Below are positions 26,861 to 47,029 of a DNA stretch of 64,000 bases, one piece after another. The notes beneath the pieces are model-generated. The model was not told where the DNA came from, searched no databases, and saw nothing but the letters and a program-made list of their open reading frames with translations. Source of the DNA: the human T2T-CHM13v2.0 reference genome, Homo sapiens. A program made the translations under genes and the position numbers. Location of the stretch: positions 576,001 to 640,000 of the forward strand of contig CP086569.2 in assembly GCA_009914755.4 (NCBI GenBank). Direction: 5' to 3'. Every line of letters starts with the position of its first letter. The first letter of the stretch is position 1.

Positions 26861-27038
26861 TGGGCAGCCTAAACAAAACTAATGCAAGCACCTGCCCCTG
26901 CAGGCAGTGAGCATAGGCTGTTTCCAAGCCCACCAAAGAGGCCACCTCTCTTGTAATTATAGTTGTATTTCTCATTGATGACAGATATAAAAATCCTTAA
27001 TGCCACATTGTTTGGGGGACCTCAGAAAAGGCAGGGAT

Positions 27039-28126
<1,088 letters not shown>

Positions 28127-28589
28127 CTAGAAGGATGCTGGCTAACTGGTACCAATTGCCTACATCCTATGACTCATCATGTCCCAGGTACGAGTGCCCA
28201 CGTAGGTGGTGGTCGTAGCTTCTGTTCTCATCAGCTTGATTTTTCAGAAAATTGTATCCTGGAATAGCCACTTATTGGCATTAGAGAGAGAAAGATGCTG
28301 ATTATAATAACTCCTGTGGCTTGAAGTATTGGGTCCAAGCTGCTACTAAGTTAACTGGAACATGTTCTATTCATTTGTTAGTGCCTAAAATTAACCAGGC
28401 TCCTTGAGGCCCTGAACACATTGTTCCGGAAATACATCAGTATTGATCACTGCTGCATTTCCTCATTAAATAGGGCAGCTGGGGTATTTTTAGCACAAAA
28501 CACTGAAACAGAACAAAATGTGATTATCTATGTCGTTATGGTAATACAGAAGTCCCAGATTTGACTTCTTTCAAAAAAAGAGGTCTTTA

Positions 28590-28722
28590 TATTCATAAAA
28601 AAGAGACAGACAGAAAGATGGAAAAAAGAAAGAGAAAGAAAGAAAGAAGGAAAGAAAGAGAAAAAAGAGAGAAAAAATAAAGAGAAAGAAGAAATAAAGA
28701 AAAAGAAGAAAGAGACACAGAG

Positions 28723-28777
<55 letters not shown>

Positions 28778-28824
28778 AAAAGAAAAGCAAGCAAGCAAGC
28801 AAGCAGGAAAGAGAAAGGAAGAAA

Positions 28825-28884
<60 letters not shown>

Positions 28885-28955
28885 AAAAGAAAGAAAGAAA
28901 GAAAGAAAGACAAACAAAGGGAGAGAAAGAAAAAAGAAAGGAAGGAAGGAAGGGA
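28590..28955. repeat. (GAAA)n / (GGAA)n polypurine microsatellite
   Basis: agaaagaaagaaagaaag... runs for about 360 bp. Confidence 0.95.
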
Positions 28956-28956
28956 C

Positions 28957-29665
<709 letters not shown>

Positions 29666-30164
29666 TGATTCTTTAAACAAAATTAATAAATATCTGGCAG
29701 AATCTTAACAGTGAGAAGATACTGTATTCATTGCCAAGGGCTGGGGCAGTGCAGAGGTGAAAGAGATACATTGAGGATCAGATGCAGAATGTTGGAGTGG
29801 TTCACAGTTTAGTATAACCCAGCATATTGGGGGTGTTGCAAACGAAGCCAATCCGGCCCCCTGCACGTTACTGTCAATAAAGTTTTATTGAAACATGGTC
29901 ACACACACATTCTTGTGCACACCGTCTGTGGCTGCTTTCCTGCCACAAGGGCAGAGCTAAATCCTTGCATGGCAGACTGTGTGGTCCACAAAACTGAAAA
30001 TATTGACTATCTGGCTCTTCACTTAAAAGATTTGCCCACCTCTGGTCTAACTGGTGTTGGAGGAATGCTTCGTAGTGACTCAGCCACTCCTGGTTTCTTT
30101 TTTCTTTTTTCTTTCTTTTCTTTTCTTTTTTTTTTTCTTTTTTTTTTTTTTTTGTTTTTTTTTT

Positions 30165-30445
30165 TGAGACTGTGTCTTACTCTGTCACCCAGGCTGAAGT
30201 GCAGTGGCTTTATCTCAGCTCACTGAACCTCCGCCTCCCGGTTCAAGCGATTCTCCTGCATCAGCGTCCTGAGTAGCTGGGATTACAGGCTCTTGCCGCC
30301 ATGCCCTGCTAATTTTTGTATTTTTAGTAGAGACAGGATTTCGCCATGTTGGCCAGGCTGGTCTCGAACTTCTGACCTCATGATCCACCCACCTCGGCCT
30401 CCCAAAGTGCTGGAATCTTACAGGTTTGAGCCACCACGCCCAGCC
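30165..30445 (-). mobile_element. Alu SINE preceded by a long T/C-rich tract at 30090-30165
   Basis: ttttgagactgtgtcttactctgtcacccaggctgaagtgcagtggc ... tttgagccaccacgcccagccc. Confidence 0.9.
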
Positions 30446-30960
30446 CAAATAATTTTTATTTAATATATTTAATATAAATATTAAATAAATAAATTTACTA
30501 AATATAAATGTTAAACAAATGTTTATTCATTAATATAAATATTACACAAATATTTATTTAATATTTATCTTAATGAATTAATTTACATAAATTTATTCAT
30601 TTATATCTTACACAAATATTTAATATTTTTATTAAGGAATTAAATTTATTAATTATATATTACACAAATATTTAATATTTATATGAAGGGATAAATTTAA
30701 ATAAATTTATTCATTTATATATTACACAAATATTTAATATTTATATGAAGAATAAATTTAAATAAATTTATTCGTTAATATATATTACACAAATATTTAA
30801 TATTTATATGAAGGAATAAATTTAAATAAATTTATTCATTAATATATATTACACTAATATTTAATATTTATATGAAGGAATAACTTTATTTAAATAAATT
30901 TATTCCTTCATATAAATATTAAATAAAAGTATACAATAAATAAATTTATATTAAAATATA
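30445..30960. repeat. AT-rich tandem repeat with a period of about 62-63 bp, built from palindromic units
   Basis: The unit attacacaaatatttaatatttatatgaaggaataaatttaaataaatttattcattaatatat recurs at about 30660, 30722, 30785 and 30848. Each unit holds the perfect palindrome gaataaatttaaataaatttattc. The array ends in a 44-bp near-perfect palindrome atatgaaggaataactttatttaaataaatttattccttcatat at about 30871-30914. Confidence 0.9.
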
Positions 30961-31554
30961 TTTTTTAAAATCCTGTTACCAAATATATGTATTTGGATAT
31001 AGCAGAAGCACGTGAAAGAGGAAAATGACCATCACAGCAGCATTCTTGGAATTATCTACTAAGGTAAAGGAGCCCCTTGGGGCAGGTGGTGATCGCTAAT
31101 CGAGGATCCCCTTGGAGAGCTGGTTGGTTTTGACTTGGTGGTCCTCTCTCCTGTTGGTTTCCGGGGAGTGGTCAACACATGGGCAGACAAGGTATATAGC
31201 TCTTTTTGGGGTCTATGGAGAATCAGAGCCCCTCCATGAACCCAGCTAAAGAGGCAACACATGCTTAATTCCATTCCACACTCAGGGAAGTCAACTCTAA
31301 CAACGCAGAAGAAAGATGAGAAGGACAAAAATGTCCATTCGGTTTGAGAGATGAACTCCCACATCTGTGGGCAGAAGGCCAAAGTTAGCCCCAAAGGCAC
31401 ACCCCGTCCACTCCAGGTGCTGTGTGTGTGTGGGCGTTAGCCTTCCAGGGACTTCACGGCCAAGAAGACAATTGCCCCACGGAGCTGGGACGACCCTCTT
31501 TTCTGAGCCATTTCAGAATGCCAGCCAGGGAATTCCTATTGAGCAGGTGCAAAA

Positions 31555-32479
<925 letters not shown>

Positions 32480-33410
32480 TAAATGATGTCTACAAAAAGC
32501 AAATCCTACAGTCACGGGTGCAGGTACATTTTTCTTTGCAATTCTAGCAAATTCTCCCCTTGGGAATACAAAATACGCCATTCTTTTTTTTAATTCTTGT
32601 TTTAAGGATGGCCACTGTCACAGAACATGAGTGAGGGACGGTATCTGCGTACGTTGAAAATGCTCACGGTTTCTGGTGCAGAGATTTCTCTGGAGTAATG
32701 GCATTTTTCTGTGTGGCAGTTAGCATTTAGAGTGAATAGAGTTTTTCTCTCTCTCTTTTTTTTTTTTTTTTGCAGTGTTATGCACTCGAAAATGTCATCT
32801 TTTTTCTATTCCTTTTAAAATCAAATTACAACCTGACATTCAATAAAATATCTTTTGCGCAACTAATAAAAACAAGACCCTCGCTGCCTTGACAATTAAG
32901 GCACGGGGTCCGACACGCCGCCTCCGATACAGTTTACGGCTTCCCTTTGATGTCAGGGTTTCCTATATTAAAAAAAAAAAAGAGCCCCATTATTTATTAA
33001 TAGCCTTCTGTGTTTTAAACGTTTCTTTTTCTTGTGTGGAGAGAAAAAAAATCATTTGCCTTTTAATGGGGTGTCAGATTTGCTTTCGAAACCTTCTAAA
33101 AGGTTATCGTTGTTGAATACGAACAAGTTTCTTTCTGCGGAATCAATGAAGACTCTGTTTCCCGGGCTGCTCCGTGGAAAACTTAATTTCACCATTTTGC
33201 AAAGTGCAGGGCTGGGACGTTTCACTGCGGTTAACTATTTTCACATGGAAGGTAAAGAAAAATGCAAAGTCCTCACACGTACTAAATAACCTGCAGGCTG
33301 CCTTATGTCCGGGACGTCTTGCAACGGCCTGGCGGTTAGAGCTCACGGAGATGTCCAGTTCAATTAGATGCTTCGTAAACCTGCTAGCAATTAACTCAGC
33401 CAGGAGCTGA

Positions 33411-33873
<463 letters not shown>

Positions 33874-33899
33874 CCTCCAAGTTCTATTGTAACCCATCT

Positions 33900-34440
33900 C
33901 TAACTTTGATTGTAACTGTAGGGAGGACAGATAGAATAGAATTTAGACCCAGGCTGGGTGCAGTGGTTCATGCCTGCAGTCCCAGCACTTTGGGAGGCTG
34001 AGGCAGGTGCATTGCTTGAATCCAGGCTGAGTGGTACAAAAAGTACCCTCAACTCTACAGTTGGAAGAGTAGACATTTAGACCTGGACAGAGTGTCTGTC
34101 CAGGCCTAAATTCTATTCTTTTTTCCTTTTTTTTTTCTTTTTGAGGCAGGGCCTCGCTCTATCACTCTGGCTGGACTGCCGTGGTACAGCCTCGGCTCAT
34201 TGCAACCTCTGCCCCCTGGGCTCCTGCCTCAGCCTCCTGAGTAGCTGGGATCACAGGTGCCCGCCACCACGCCTGGCTAAGTTTTGTATTTTTGGTAGAG
34301 TTGGGTGTTTTTGTGTGTGTCATTCAGGCTGGGTTCAAGCAATCCACCTGTCTCGGGCTCTCAAAGTGCTGGGACTAACAGGCGTGAACCACTGCACCCA
34401 GCCTGGGTCTAAATTATATTCTACCTGTAGGCAGGACAGA
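33900..34440. repeat. Copy B of the segmental duplication of about 450 bp described at 31555-31990
   Basis: gacagatagaatagaatttagacccaggctgggtgcagtggttcatgcctgcagtcccagcactttgggagg... ends ...gggtctaaattatattctacctgtaggcaggacagatagaatagaatttagagatgg. Confidence 0.85.
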
Positions 34441-34563
34441 TAGAATAGAATTTAGAGATGGGTTAGAATAGCATTTAGAGATGGATTATTTTTTGTTTGT
34501 TTGATTTTGCTATAGGGCAGGGTGCTCAAAAGCAGCTGTGAGTCTGTTTAGATAACAGTGGAC

Positions 34564-35254
<691 letters not shown>

Positions 35255-35479
35255 TAATTCCATTCTTCTTCAAGGTATTACATGTAAGAAGTTGAAAGGT
35301 CACCTTGTTTGTGTATGGATTATTGGTGGCTGAACTGCCTCTGAAATTCCTCTGTCATTGAGAAGAGCAGGGGTAGGTGTTCTGAGGGTGTAGAGAGGTG
35401 AAAGGAACAACCCGTAGTGGAGTTAATCCCAGGACCGTAGGTGACCCAGGGTTGATAAAGTCATCTGTGAGAAGTAAAT

Positions 35480-36770
35480 GATATAAACAGGGTCAGGTCA
35501 ACCTGTACAGGACTATGAACTTAATACACTTTACCTTAATAGACTGCTTCCTTGCTGTGATGAGTTCATGAAGTAGAAAGGGTGTCACCAGCCCACAGCC
35601 TGCACAGGACCAGGACTTCAATGCACTTGACCTCTCATTCCCTGAGTGAGGAACCCATGAAATGAGGGGGAGTCTCACCAGCTCAGAACCTGCACAGGAC
35701 TAGGACCTCAACACACTTGACCGTTCTTTCCCTGTGTGAGGAATATATGAAGTGAGGAGGAATCTCACCAGCCCAGAGCCTGCACAGGATGAGGACCTCA
35801 ATACACTTGTCCACTCTTTCCCTGTGTGAGGAATATATGAAGTGACAAGTGTGTCTCCAGCCCAGAGCCTACACATGACTAGGACCTCAATACACTTGAC
35901 TTCTCCCTCCTCATGTGAGGAATAGATGAAGTGACGAGGGTCTCATCAGCCCACAACCTCCACAGGACCAGGACCTCAATACACTTGACTTCTCCTTCCC
36001 CATGTGAGGAATAGATGAAGTCACGAGGGTGTCACCAGCCCACAGTCTGCACAGGATGAGGACCTCAATACACTTTAACACTCTTTCCCTGTGTGAGGAA
36101 TATATGAAGTCACGAGGGTGTCATCAGCCCAGAGCCTGCACATGACTAGGACTTCAATACACTTGACTTCTCCTTCCCCATCTGGGGAATAGATGAAGTC
36201 ATGAGGGTGTCACCACTCCAGAGCCTGCCCAGGACCAGGACCTCAATACACTTGACCACTCTTTCCCTGTGTGAAGAATACATGAAGTGAGGAGGGTGTC
36301 ACCACCCCAGAGCCTGCCCAGGACCAGGACCTCAATACACTTGACCACTCTTTCCCTGTGTGAGGAATACATGAAGTGATGAGGGTGTCACCAGCACAGA
36401 ACCTACACATGACTAGGACCTCGATACACTTGACTTCTCCCTCCTCATGTGAGGAATAGATGAAGACACGAGGGTGTCACCAGCCCAGAGCCTGCACAGG
36501 ACCAGGACCTCAATACACTTGGCCCCTCCTTCCCTGTGTGAGGAAGATATGAAGTGAGAGGTTCTCATTAGCCCAGAGCCTGCACCAGACAAGGACCTCA
36601 ATATGCTTGGCCTCTCCTTCCTCATGTGAGGAATATATGAAATGAGAAAGGTCTCACCAGCCCAGAGCCTCCACAGGATCAGGACCTCAATACACTTGAC
36701 CTGTCCTTCCCTGTGTGAGGAATAGATGAAGTGAAAATGGTCTCATCAGCCCAGAGCCTGCATTTTCATT
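35480..36770. repeat. 89-bp minisatellite of about 14 copies
   Basis: The unit is ...cagcccagagcctgcacaggaccaggacctcaatacacttgaccactctttccctgtgtgaggaatacatgaagtgaggagggtgtcac... The ccagccc landmarks sit at 35768, 35857, 35946, 36035 and 36124, all 89 bp apart. A solitary diverged unit lies at about 37265-37360. Confidence 0.9.
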
Positions 36771-37564
36771 CCACTCTTCCAATTTGGCCACAACACTGTA
36801 GAGTTGGACAGTCCCAGAGCCCCCCAAAATAGTCACTGAAGCCAAAATATCAGGAAGAGAAGAACTAGCTGTCTTTTCTATGCCATATTTTATCAGTGCA
36901 GACAGCTTTGAGGCTGATGTTCAAAGAATCCAAAAAAGGTAAGCATTTAATTATTTGTCCTTAATTGTAATACTCATTAAGGATTCCACCTTTATCATTA
37001 GCATATCATAAGATATCTTTCTTATGCAGATGAAAGTTGTGGAGATTCACTCTCTAGACAGCATTTAGTGAGATTAGGGTACTCAACCTACATCCATATC
37101 AAGGTAGCAGAAACGCATCTGAGAAAATTTAACCACTTATTTTGCCATGGTTCATGGAGATGACCTTAAGTGTGTCTGTCACCAAAAGGGACTTTGTAGG
37201 GTGAGAGTGATATAGTACATTGTCAAGGGAAGTTTGCTGATATCTAAGGCTGTTTTCTGGAATCTCCCTGTTGTGAGGAATCTATAAGGTGAGGAGGGCG
37301 TCATCAGCCCAGATCCTACACAGGACTAGGGACTCAATACACTTGACCTGTCCTCCTCTGCATGAGATCTGATGTCTCCATATCTTTTCCTGGTATGGCT
37401 CACAACCGAAACTTCACCTGAGTACAACAAAAACCCAGCCATGTTTTGCTGGGGCCACATCACATCCTTCCCATGATGGATTCTTTGGCCCAGTTTCCAG
37501 GGAGTATTCTTGGGTTTATCATATGTAGATACAGTCCTTGTTACCTCGACCTTAAAGCATCTTT

Positions 37565-38165
<601 letters not shown>

Positions 38166-38649
38166 ATTCAGTCTTAAAAACAAAAAAACGAAAAGAAAAA
38201 GAAAAAAGAAAGCATCCAGGTGATCTTCCCTATGGGTCATAGATGTCTTCACCCAGGGTGAATGTAGAACCGTGCACACCCAGACAATGCTGAGAATGAA
38301 GTGTGTAGGACTCAGATACAGATGATCTCAGGTAGAGGCTGCAGCTAGAAGCATTATTAAAGGTCCACATTAGCTTTCCCTCCCCTTCTCCCTGGGATGC
38401 TGCTACCCTCATTGAAGCTTCAGCCACCACATGCTCTCTACCGAGACGGCAGCTTCCCAAAGTGCTCCTCAACTCCCATCCTTGACTTCTTCCAGTCATT
38501 CTCCACGTAGCAGCTAATATTCTTTGAAGTCAAATTACGTCATTCTCATGCCTCTAAGGTAGGAAGCAGGACATGACCGCAGAGGCAGGGCTAAGACACT
38601 GGACCAGGTTGAGGACTAGCTAAAGCAGGTCTAGGGCAGAAGCAGCTCT

Positions 38650-39000
38650 CCATTAGTGATGTGGTTTGGCTGTGTCCCTACCCAAATCTCATCTCGAATT
38701 GTAGCTCCCATAATTCCCATGTGTTGTGGAAGATAATTTCATCATGGAGGCAGTTCCCCCATACTGTTCTTGTGGAAGTGAATAAGTCTCATGAGATCTG
38801 ATGGTTTTAGAAGGGTAAATCTGTTTCATGTGGTTCTCATTCTCTTCTTGCCTGCCGCCATGTAAGAAGTCCCTTGCTCTTGCGCGATGATCGTGAGGTT
38901 TCCCCAGCCAAGTGGAAGTGTAAGTCCATTAAACCTCTTTCCTGTATAAATTATGCAGTCTTGGATATGTCTTTATTGGCAGCATGAGAACAGACAAATA
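38650..39000 (+). mobile_element. THE1-family (ERVL-MaLR) solo LTR
   Basis: tgatgtggtttggctgtgtccctacccaaatctcatctcgaattgtagctcccataattcccatgtgttgtgg...ccattaaacctctttcctgtataaattatgcagtcttggatatgtctttattggcagcatgagaacag matches the THE1 LTR consensus, which runs TGATATGGTTTGGCTGTGTCCCCACCCAAATCTCATCTTGAATTGTAGCTCCCATAATTCC... Confidence 0.8.
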
Positions 39001-39284
39001 CGAAAGGACACACCCACCAGTACCATGTCATGCTACAAATACAATAAGACACACCCACCTGGTCCCATTTCCATGACAACACCCAGATGTTACTGCTCCT
39101 TTCCATGGCAATGACCCAATGACCCAGAAGGGGGTATATTTTTTTTCTAGAAATTACTGCAAAACCTGCCCCTTAATTTGCATGTAATTGGAAGCATTGA
39201 TAAATATGATTGTGGAACTGCCTCTGAGCTGCTACTCTGGACTCAGTGCCCATGGGTAAGCCTGCTCTGCAAAGACCAGCACCT

Positions 39285-39945
39285 CTGCTGCTGCTGTGAA
39301 CTGCCACTTCATAACAGTTGGTGGGACTGTCAATTAGTTCAACCACCGTGGAAGACAGCGTGGCAATTCCTCAAGGATCTAGAACCAGAAATAGCATTTG
39401 ACCCAGCAATCCCATGACTGGGTACACACCCAAAGGATTATAAATCATTCCACTATAAACACGCATGCATGCGTGTCTTTATTGCGGCACTGTTCACAAT
39501 AGCAAAGACTTGGAACCAACCTAAATGCCCATCAATGATAGACTGGATGAAGAAAATGTGGCACATAGACACCATGGAATACTATGTGGCCATCAAAAAG
39601 AATGAGTTCATGTCCTTTACAGGGACATGGATGAAGCTGGAAACCATCATTCTCAGCAAACTAACATAGGAACAGAAACCAAACACTGCATGTTCTCACT
39701 CATAAGTGGGAGTTGAACAATGAGAACACATGGACACAGGGAAGGGAACATCACACACTGGGGCCTGTCAGGGGATGGGGGGTTAGGGGAGGGATATCAT
39801 TAGAAGAAATACCTAATGTAGATCATGGGTTGGTGGGTGCAGCAAGCCGCCATGTCATGTGTATACTTATGTAACAAAACTGCACTTTCTGCCCATGTAC
39901 CCCAGAACTTAAAGTATAATAATAATAAAAAAAAGTTGGTGTCTA
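39285..39945 (+). mobile_element. LINE-1 3' end, comprising the end of ORF2, the 3' UTR and an A-tail
   Basis: ORF 39178..39417 ends ...PPWKTAWQFLKDLEPEIAFDPAIP. Then come ctgggtacacacccaaaggattataaatcat...cacaatagcaaagacttggaaccaacctaaatgcccatcaatgatagactggatgaagaaaatgtggcacatagacaccatggaatactatg...ctaatgtagatcatgggttggtgggtgcagcaagccgccatg...aacttaaagtataataataataaaaaaaag. Confidence 0.9.
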
Positions 39946-40254
39946 ACACCACCAGCTCACTCTTGAGTTATTTTCTAGATGAGACCAAAAACCCTTCCAG
40001 GCTAAGCCCCAATTTGGGGCTCACCTGCCCAGCGCCATCTCCAACCTTCACCTTCAATTTCTTCTGTTTCTTCCCCGGGACATGGAATAAATCCACCCTG
40101 GACTTTGAGCCCCAGATATGGGGATGTAGCAAACTTCTCAGGCTCCCACCCACAGTGTGCCCACTCTGCAGCTCCTTTTTCCATGTCCCTAACACTCTTA
40201 GCTCTTTCCAGCCTCCAGGTGCTGGACGTGGTGGGTGCCTCTCCCTGTAGTTCC

Positions 40255-40840
40255 CTCTCCAGCTCATATGTGGCTCTTTCTCTCTCTTCTTCTTCTTCTT
40301 CTTCTCCTCCTTCTCCTTCTCCTCCTCCTCCTCCTCTTCCTCCTTTTCCTCCTTTTCCTCCTTCTCCTTGTCCTTCCCTCCTCCTCCTTCTCCTCCTTCT
40401 CCTCCTCCTCCTCTTCTTTCTCCTCCTCTTCCTTCTCCTCCTCCTTCTCCTCGTCCTTCTCCTTCTCCTCCTCCTTCTCCTTCTCCTCGTCCTTCCCTCC
40501 TCCTCCTCCTCTTCTTTCTCCTCCTCTTCCTTCTCCTCATCCTTCTCCTCCTCCTCCTTCTCCTCCTCCTCATCCTTCTCCTCCTCCTTCTCATCCTTCT
40601 CCTCCTCCTCCTCGTCCTTCTCCTTCTCCTCCTTCTCCTCCTCCTCCTTCTCCTCCTCCTCATCCTTCTCCTCCTCCTTCTCATCCTTCTCCTCCTCCTC
40701 CTTGTCCTTCTCCTTCTCCTCCTTCTCCTCCTCCTCCTACTCCTCCTCCTCCTTCTCCCCGTACTTCTCCTTCTCCTCCTCCTCCTTCTCCTCCTCCTTT
40801 TCCTTCTCCTTCTTCTTGTTTTTTTGTTCTTCTTCCTCTC
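40255..40840. repeat. (CCT)n / (CTCCTT)n pyrimidine trinucleotide-type repeat of about 590 bp
   Basis: ctcctcctccttctcctcctcctcctc... explains the poly-R/E ORFs (39968..40888 minus strand) and the poly-L/S/P ORFs. Confidence 0.95.
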
Positions 40841-40889
40841 TCCACCCCACCCCTCATCCTTCCACAGTCTGGGGAGCTTAAACAACAAA

Positions 40890-41990
40890 TATTTATATTC
40901 TCTGTTCTGGAGATCAGAAGTTTGAGATGAAGGTGTCTCAGGATTGCACTTCCTCTGCAGGCTTTAGGGGAGGATGCTTCCTGCCACTCCCAGCTCCTGG
41001 GGGGTCCAGGCGTCCCTGGGCTTGTGGCCTCATCACTCCAGTCTCTGCCTCCATCTCCATGTGACCTTCTCCTCTGTGTCTGTGTCTCCTCTTCTGTCTC
41101 TTAGAAGGACACCTGTCATTGCATTTAGGGCCCAGCCTAATCCAGGATAACCTCATCTCAAACTCCTTCAGTTCATTGTATCTGCAAAGACCCTATTTTC
41201 AAATAAGTTCTCGTTCACAGATACTGGGAGCTTAAAACTACAGAAATTTATTCTCTCTCTGTCCTGGAGACCATGACTCTGAGATGAAGATATCTCAGGG
41301 CCGTGCTCCCTCCACAGTCTCTAGGGGAGGGTCCTTCCTGCCTCTCCCAGCTCCTGGGTGCTCCAGGCATCCCTGGCTTGTGGCCGCCTCACTCCAGTCT
41401 CTGCCTCCGTCTCCACGTGGCCTTCTCCTCTGTGTCTGTGTCTCCTCTTCTGTCTCTTAGAAGGACATTTACCATTGCATTTAGGGCCCATCCTAATCCA
41501 GGATTATCTCATCTCCAGATCCTTAATTACATCTACAAATAACCTTTTTCCAAATGAGGTCCCATTCCCAGGTTCCTGGGCTTAGGACATGGACATATCT
41601 TTTGGACGTCACCACCCAACCCATTGCAGTTGTGTTTTGTTCTTCCTGGAGGCTCTAGGGGAGGGTCCTTCCTGCCTCTCCCAGCTCCTGGGGGCTCCAG
41701 GCATCCCTGGGCTTGAGGCCCCATCACTCCAGTCTCTGCCTCTGTCTCCACGTGGCCTTCTCCTCTGTGTCTGTGTCTCCTCTTCTGTCTCTTAGAAGGA
41801 CACCTGTCATTGCATTTAGGATCCACCCTAATCCAGAATGATGTCATTCTAACTTAACTGCATTGGTAAAGACTGTCTTTCCAAATAAGACGACGTTGCC
41901 TAGTTGTAGGGCTTTGGAGTTCAACATTTTTTTTTTTTTGGAGAGCCCCCTATTCAACCTGTAACATTAAATATTATATATTATTCCCCT
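40890..41990 (+). repeat. Three tandem copies, period about 375 bp, of an interspersed MaLR/MLT-like element
   Basis: Copies lie at about 40890-41265, 41265-41640 and 41640-41990. Each holds ...ctctaggggagggtccttcctgcctctcccagctcctggg.gctccaggcatccctggcttgtggcc.cctcactccagtctctgcctccgtctccacgtggccttctcctctgtgtctgtgtctcctcttctgtctcttagaaggaca...cattgcatttagggcccatcctaatccagg... The last copy ends ...ggagttcaacattttttt...ttcaacctgtaacatt. Confidence 0.75.
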
Positions 41991-42849
41991 CTTCAACCCA
42001 TAACATCATATATTATATATTATAAATGGTTGTTCTTTCTACATTATCAACATATCATTATCTATTTATATTTTATAAGTGCTTTAGAAAGAAAGAAAAT
42101 GAATGGGGTTATATGATGAATGAGTCAGCTGTGTTCATCCCTCCTGATGGAAAATGAAGGTGGCCAAAATGCTAAATTGAGAATTCATTTGTCCCCTAAA
42201 GATATAGCCTTAGTAGGCCAGCATGAGGCCATTTTCTTGTCTTCCTTTTCCGTTCATACGATGATCTATATTCTATTCTCCTTATACACTAACTCTGTGT
42301 GATCTTTGCCTAGATAAACTTTCATCAAACGACTAATGAACAGAAAGTTTAAAAAATAGATTAATCACCAAATAATTGCGTTCGGAGTGTGTCCAAGTAT
42401 AGAAAAATCAGGGCATTCGCAGATAAGAACAGATTTCAATATTTATGAAGTACTTTTTCTATAATTAAGAAGAATTCTGCAAAAGATTTTTATTGTCATT
42501 ATTCTTTTGAATCTTAATCCATAAATGGTTATCAAATCATTAAAAGAAAAATGTATAACCCCAACATGAATTATCTTTCCTTTGATGAGCCTGGCAGAAT
42601 ATCAGTCGTTTTAGGTGTTTGGATCACTTTTGAGGATACATAAATGGCATTAGAAGTTTTCAGTCTAATTATAAGTCTGAAAACAGGGGCAGAAAAGAAG
42701 AGACACAAACAAAAGAGGAAGACAAAAAGTGGAGTGAGAGACATTGTGACATCCAGATGATGGAGGGGAATGAGGCATTTGTGCATTATTACCTTGGAAG
42801 TTCTCTAAAGATGGAATATATTCTGTGTCATCGTGTAAGCCAAAAATGA

Positions 42850-43168
<319 letters not shown>

Positions 43169-43217
43169 TGAACTGACCCTCTCTTAACCAAGGAGACTCC
43201 AGAGAAAAACTAGATTC

Positions 43218-44328
<1,111 letters not shown>

Positions 44329-44643
44329 TAAACTCGCTTTTATATATTAATCAATCCTATTAGTTCTGTCCCTCTAGCCAACCCTGATTAATATGCTGGC
44401 CATGATGAAAATGGAGATCAGATAGCACTTGTTATACCTGGCACCCTTGGAGTTTAGGCCCAGCTGACCATTAATGTTGAAAAAAGGTAAATAAAGGTTA
44501 AAAAAGGGGGTCATAAGACACAAGAACATACTCTTGGCAGCAATAAGATACCAAATTCCTGCCTGACTCTGGTGTACCCTTATGTGACACAGAGCAGGAC
44601 CTGGAGGAAATCTAAATATTTTACCCTAAAATGTATTTTTTTG

Positions 44644-45470
<827 letters not shown>

Positions 45471-45489
45471 AAATATTTTTTAAAATGAG

Positions 45490-46560
<1,071 letters not shown>

Positions 46561-47029
46561 AGGAATTATGGAAAAGAAAGCAGGGGGAGACGTTGGGAAG
46601 ACAGCCAGAAAAGGCCCTGTCCTTTCCCCGGGCCCTGGCTGACCGTGTAATGGCAAATTGATATAGGGCTGCAGCCCTGTCCTTCATGGAAAGTGACTGA
46701 GAGATCTGTCAGGACCCGTGTGCGCATTTTGATCTGCAGAAAGATTGAATTAGGCAGGGGATTAGAGTGGGGAACATTGCGATGCTTGCCGTTGTGAAAA
46801 CAAATGTCAGGTAGGCGTTCATTAGGCGGGCTGGGAGCAAGCCAGCTCTGTAGAAAGCACATTTATAGCCCACGAGGACACAGCATTTGACCTTGTCCCG
46901 TTGGAAGAAGCGGGGAGGGGGGTGGCGGATCCCAGGAGTTGATTTGTACGGCAGTGGCAATGAGTGGGTTGGGGGCTATTTGTTGAACGTCTCTGTGGGC
47001 TGTGGGCTTCTGTCTGCAGGGTTCTTTTG

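Noticed and set aside
39968-40930. A 306-aa Arg/Glu-rich ORF and 230-260-aa Ser/Leu/Pro-rich ORFs
   Set aside because: They come from the (CCT)n homopyrimidine repeat. They are low-complexity artefacts.
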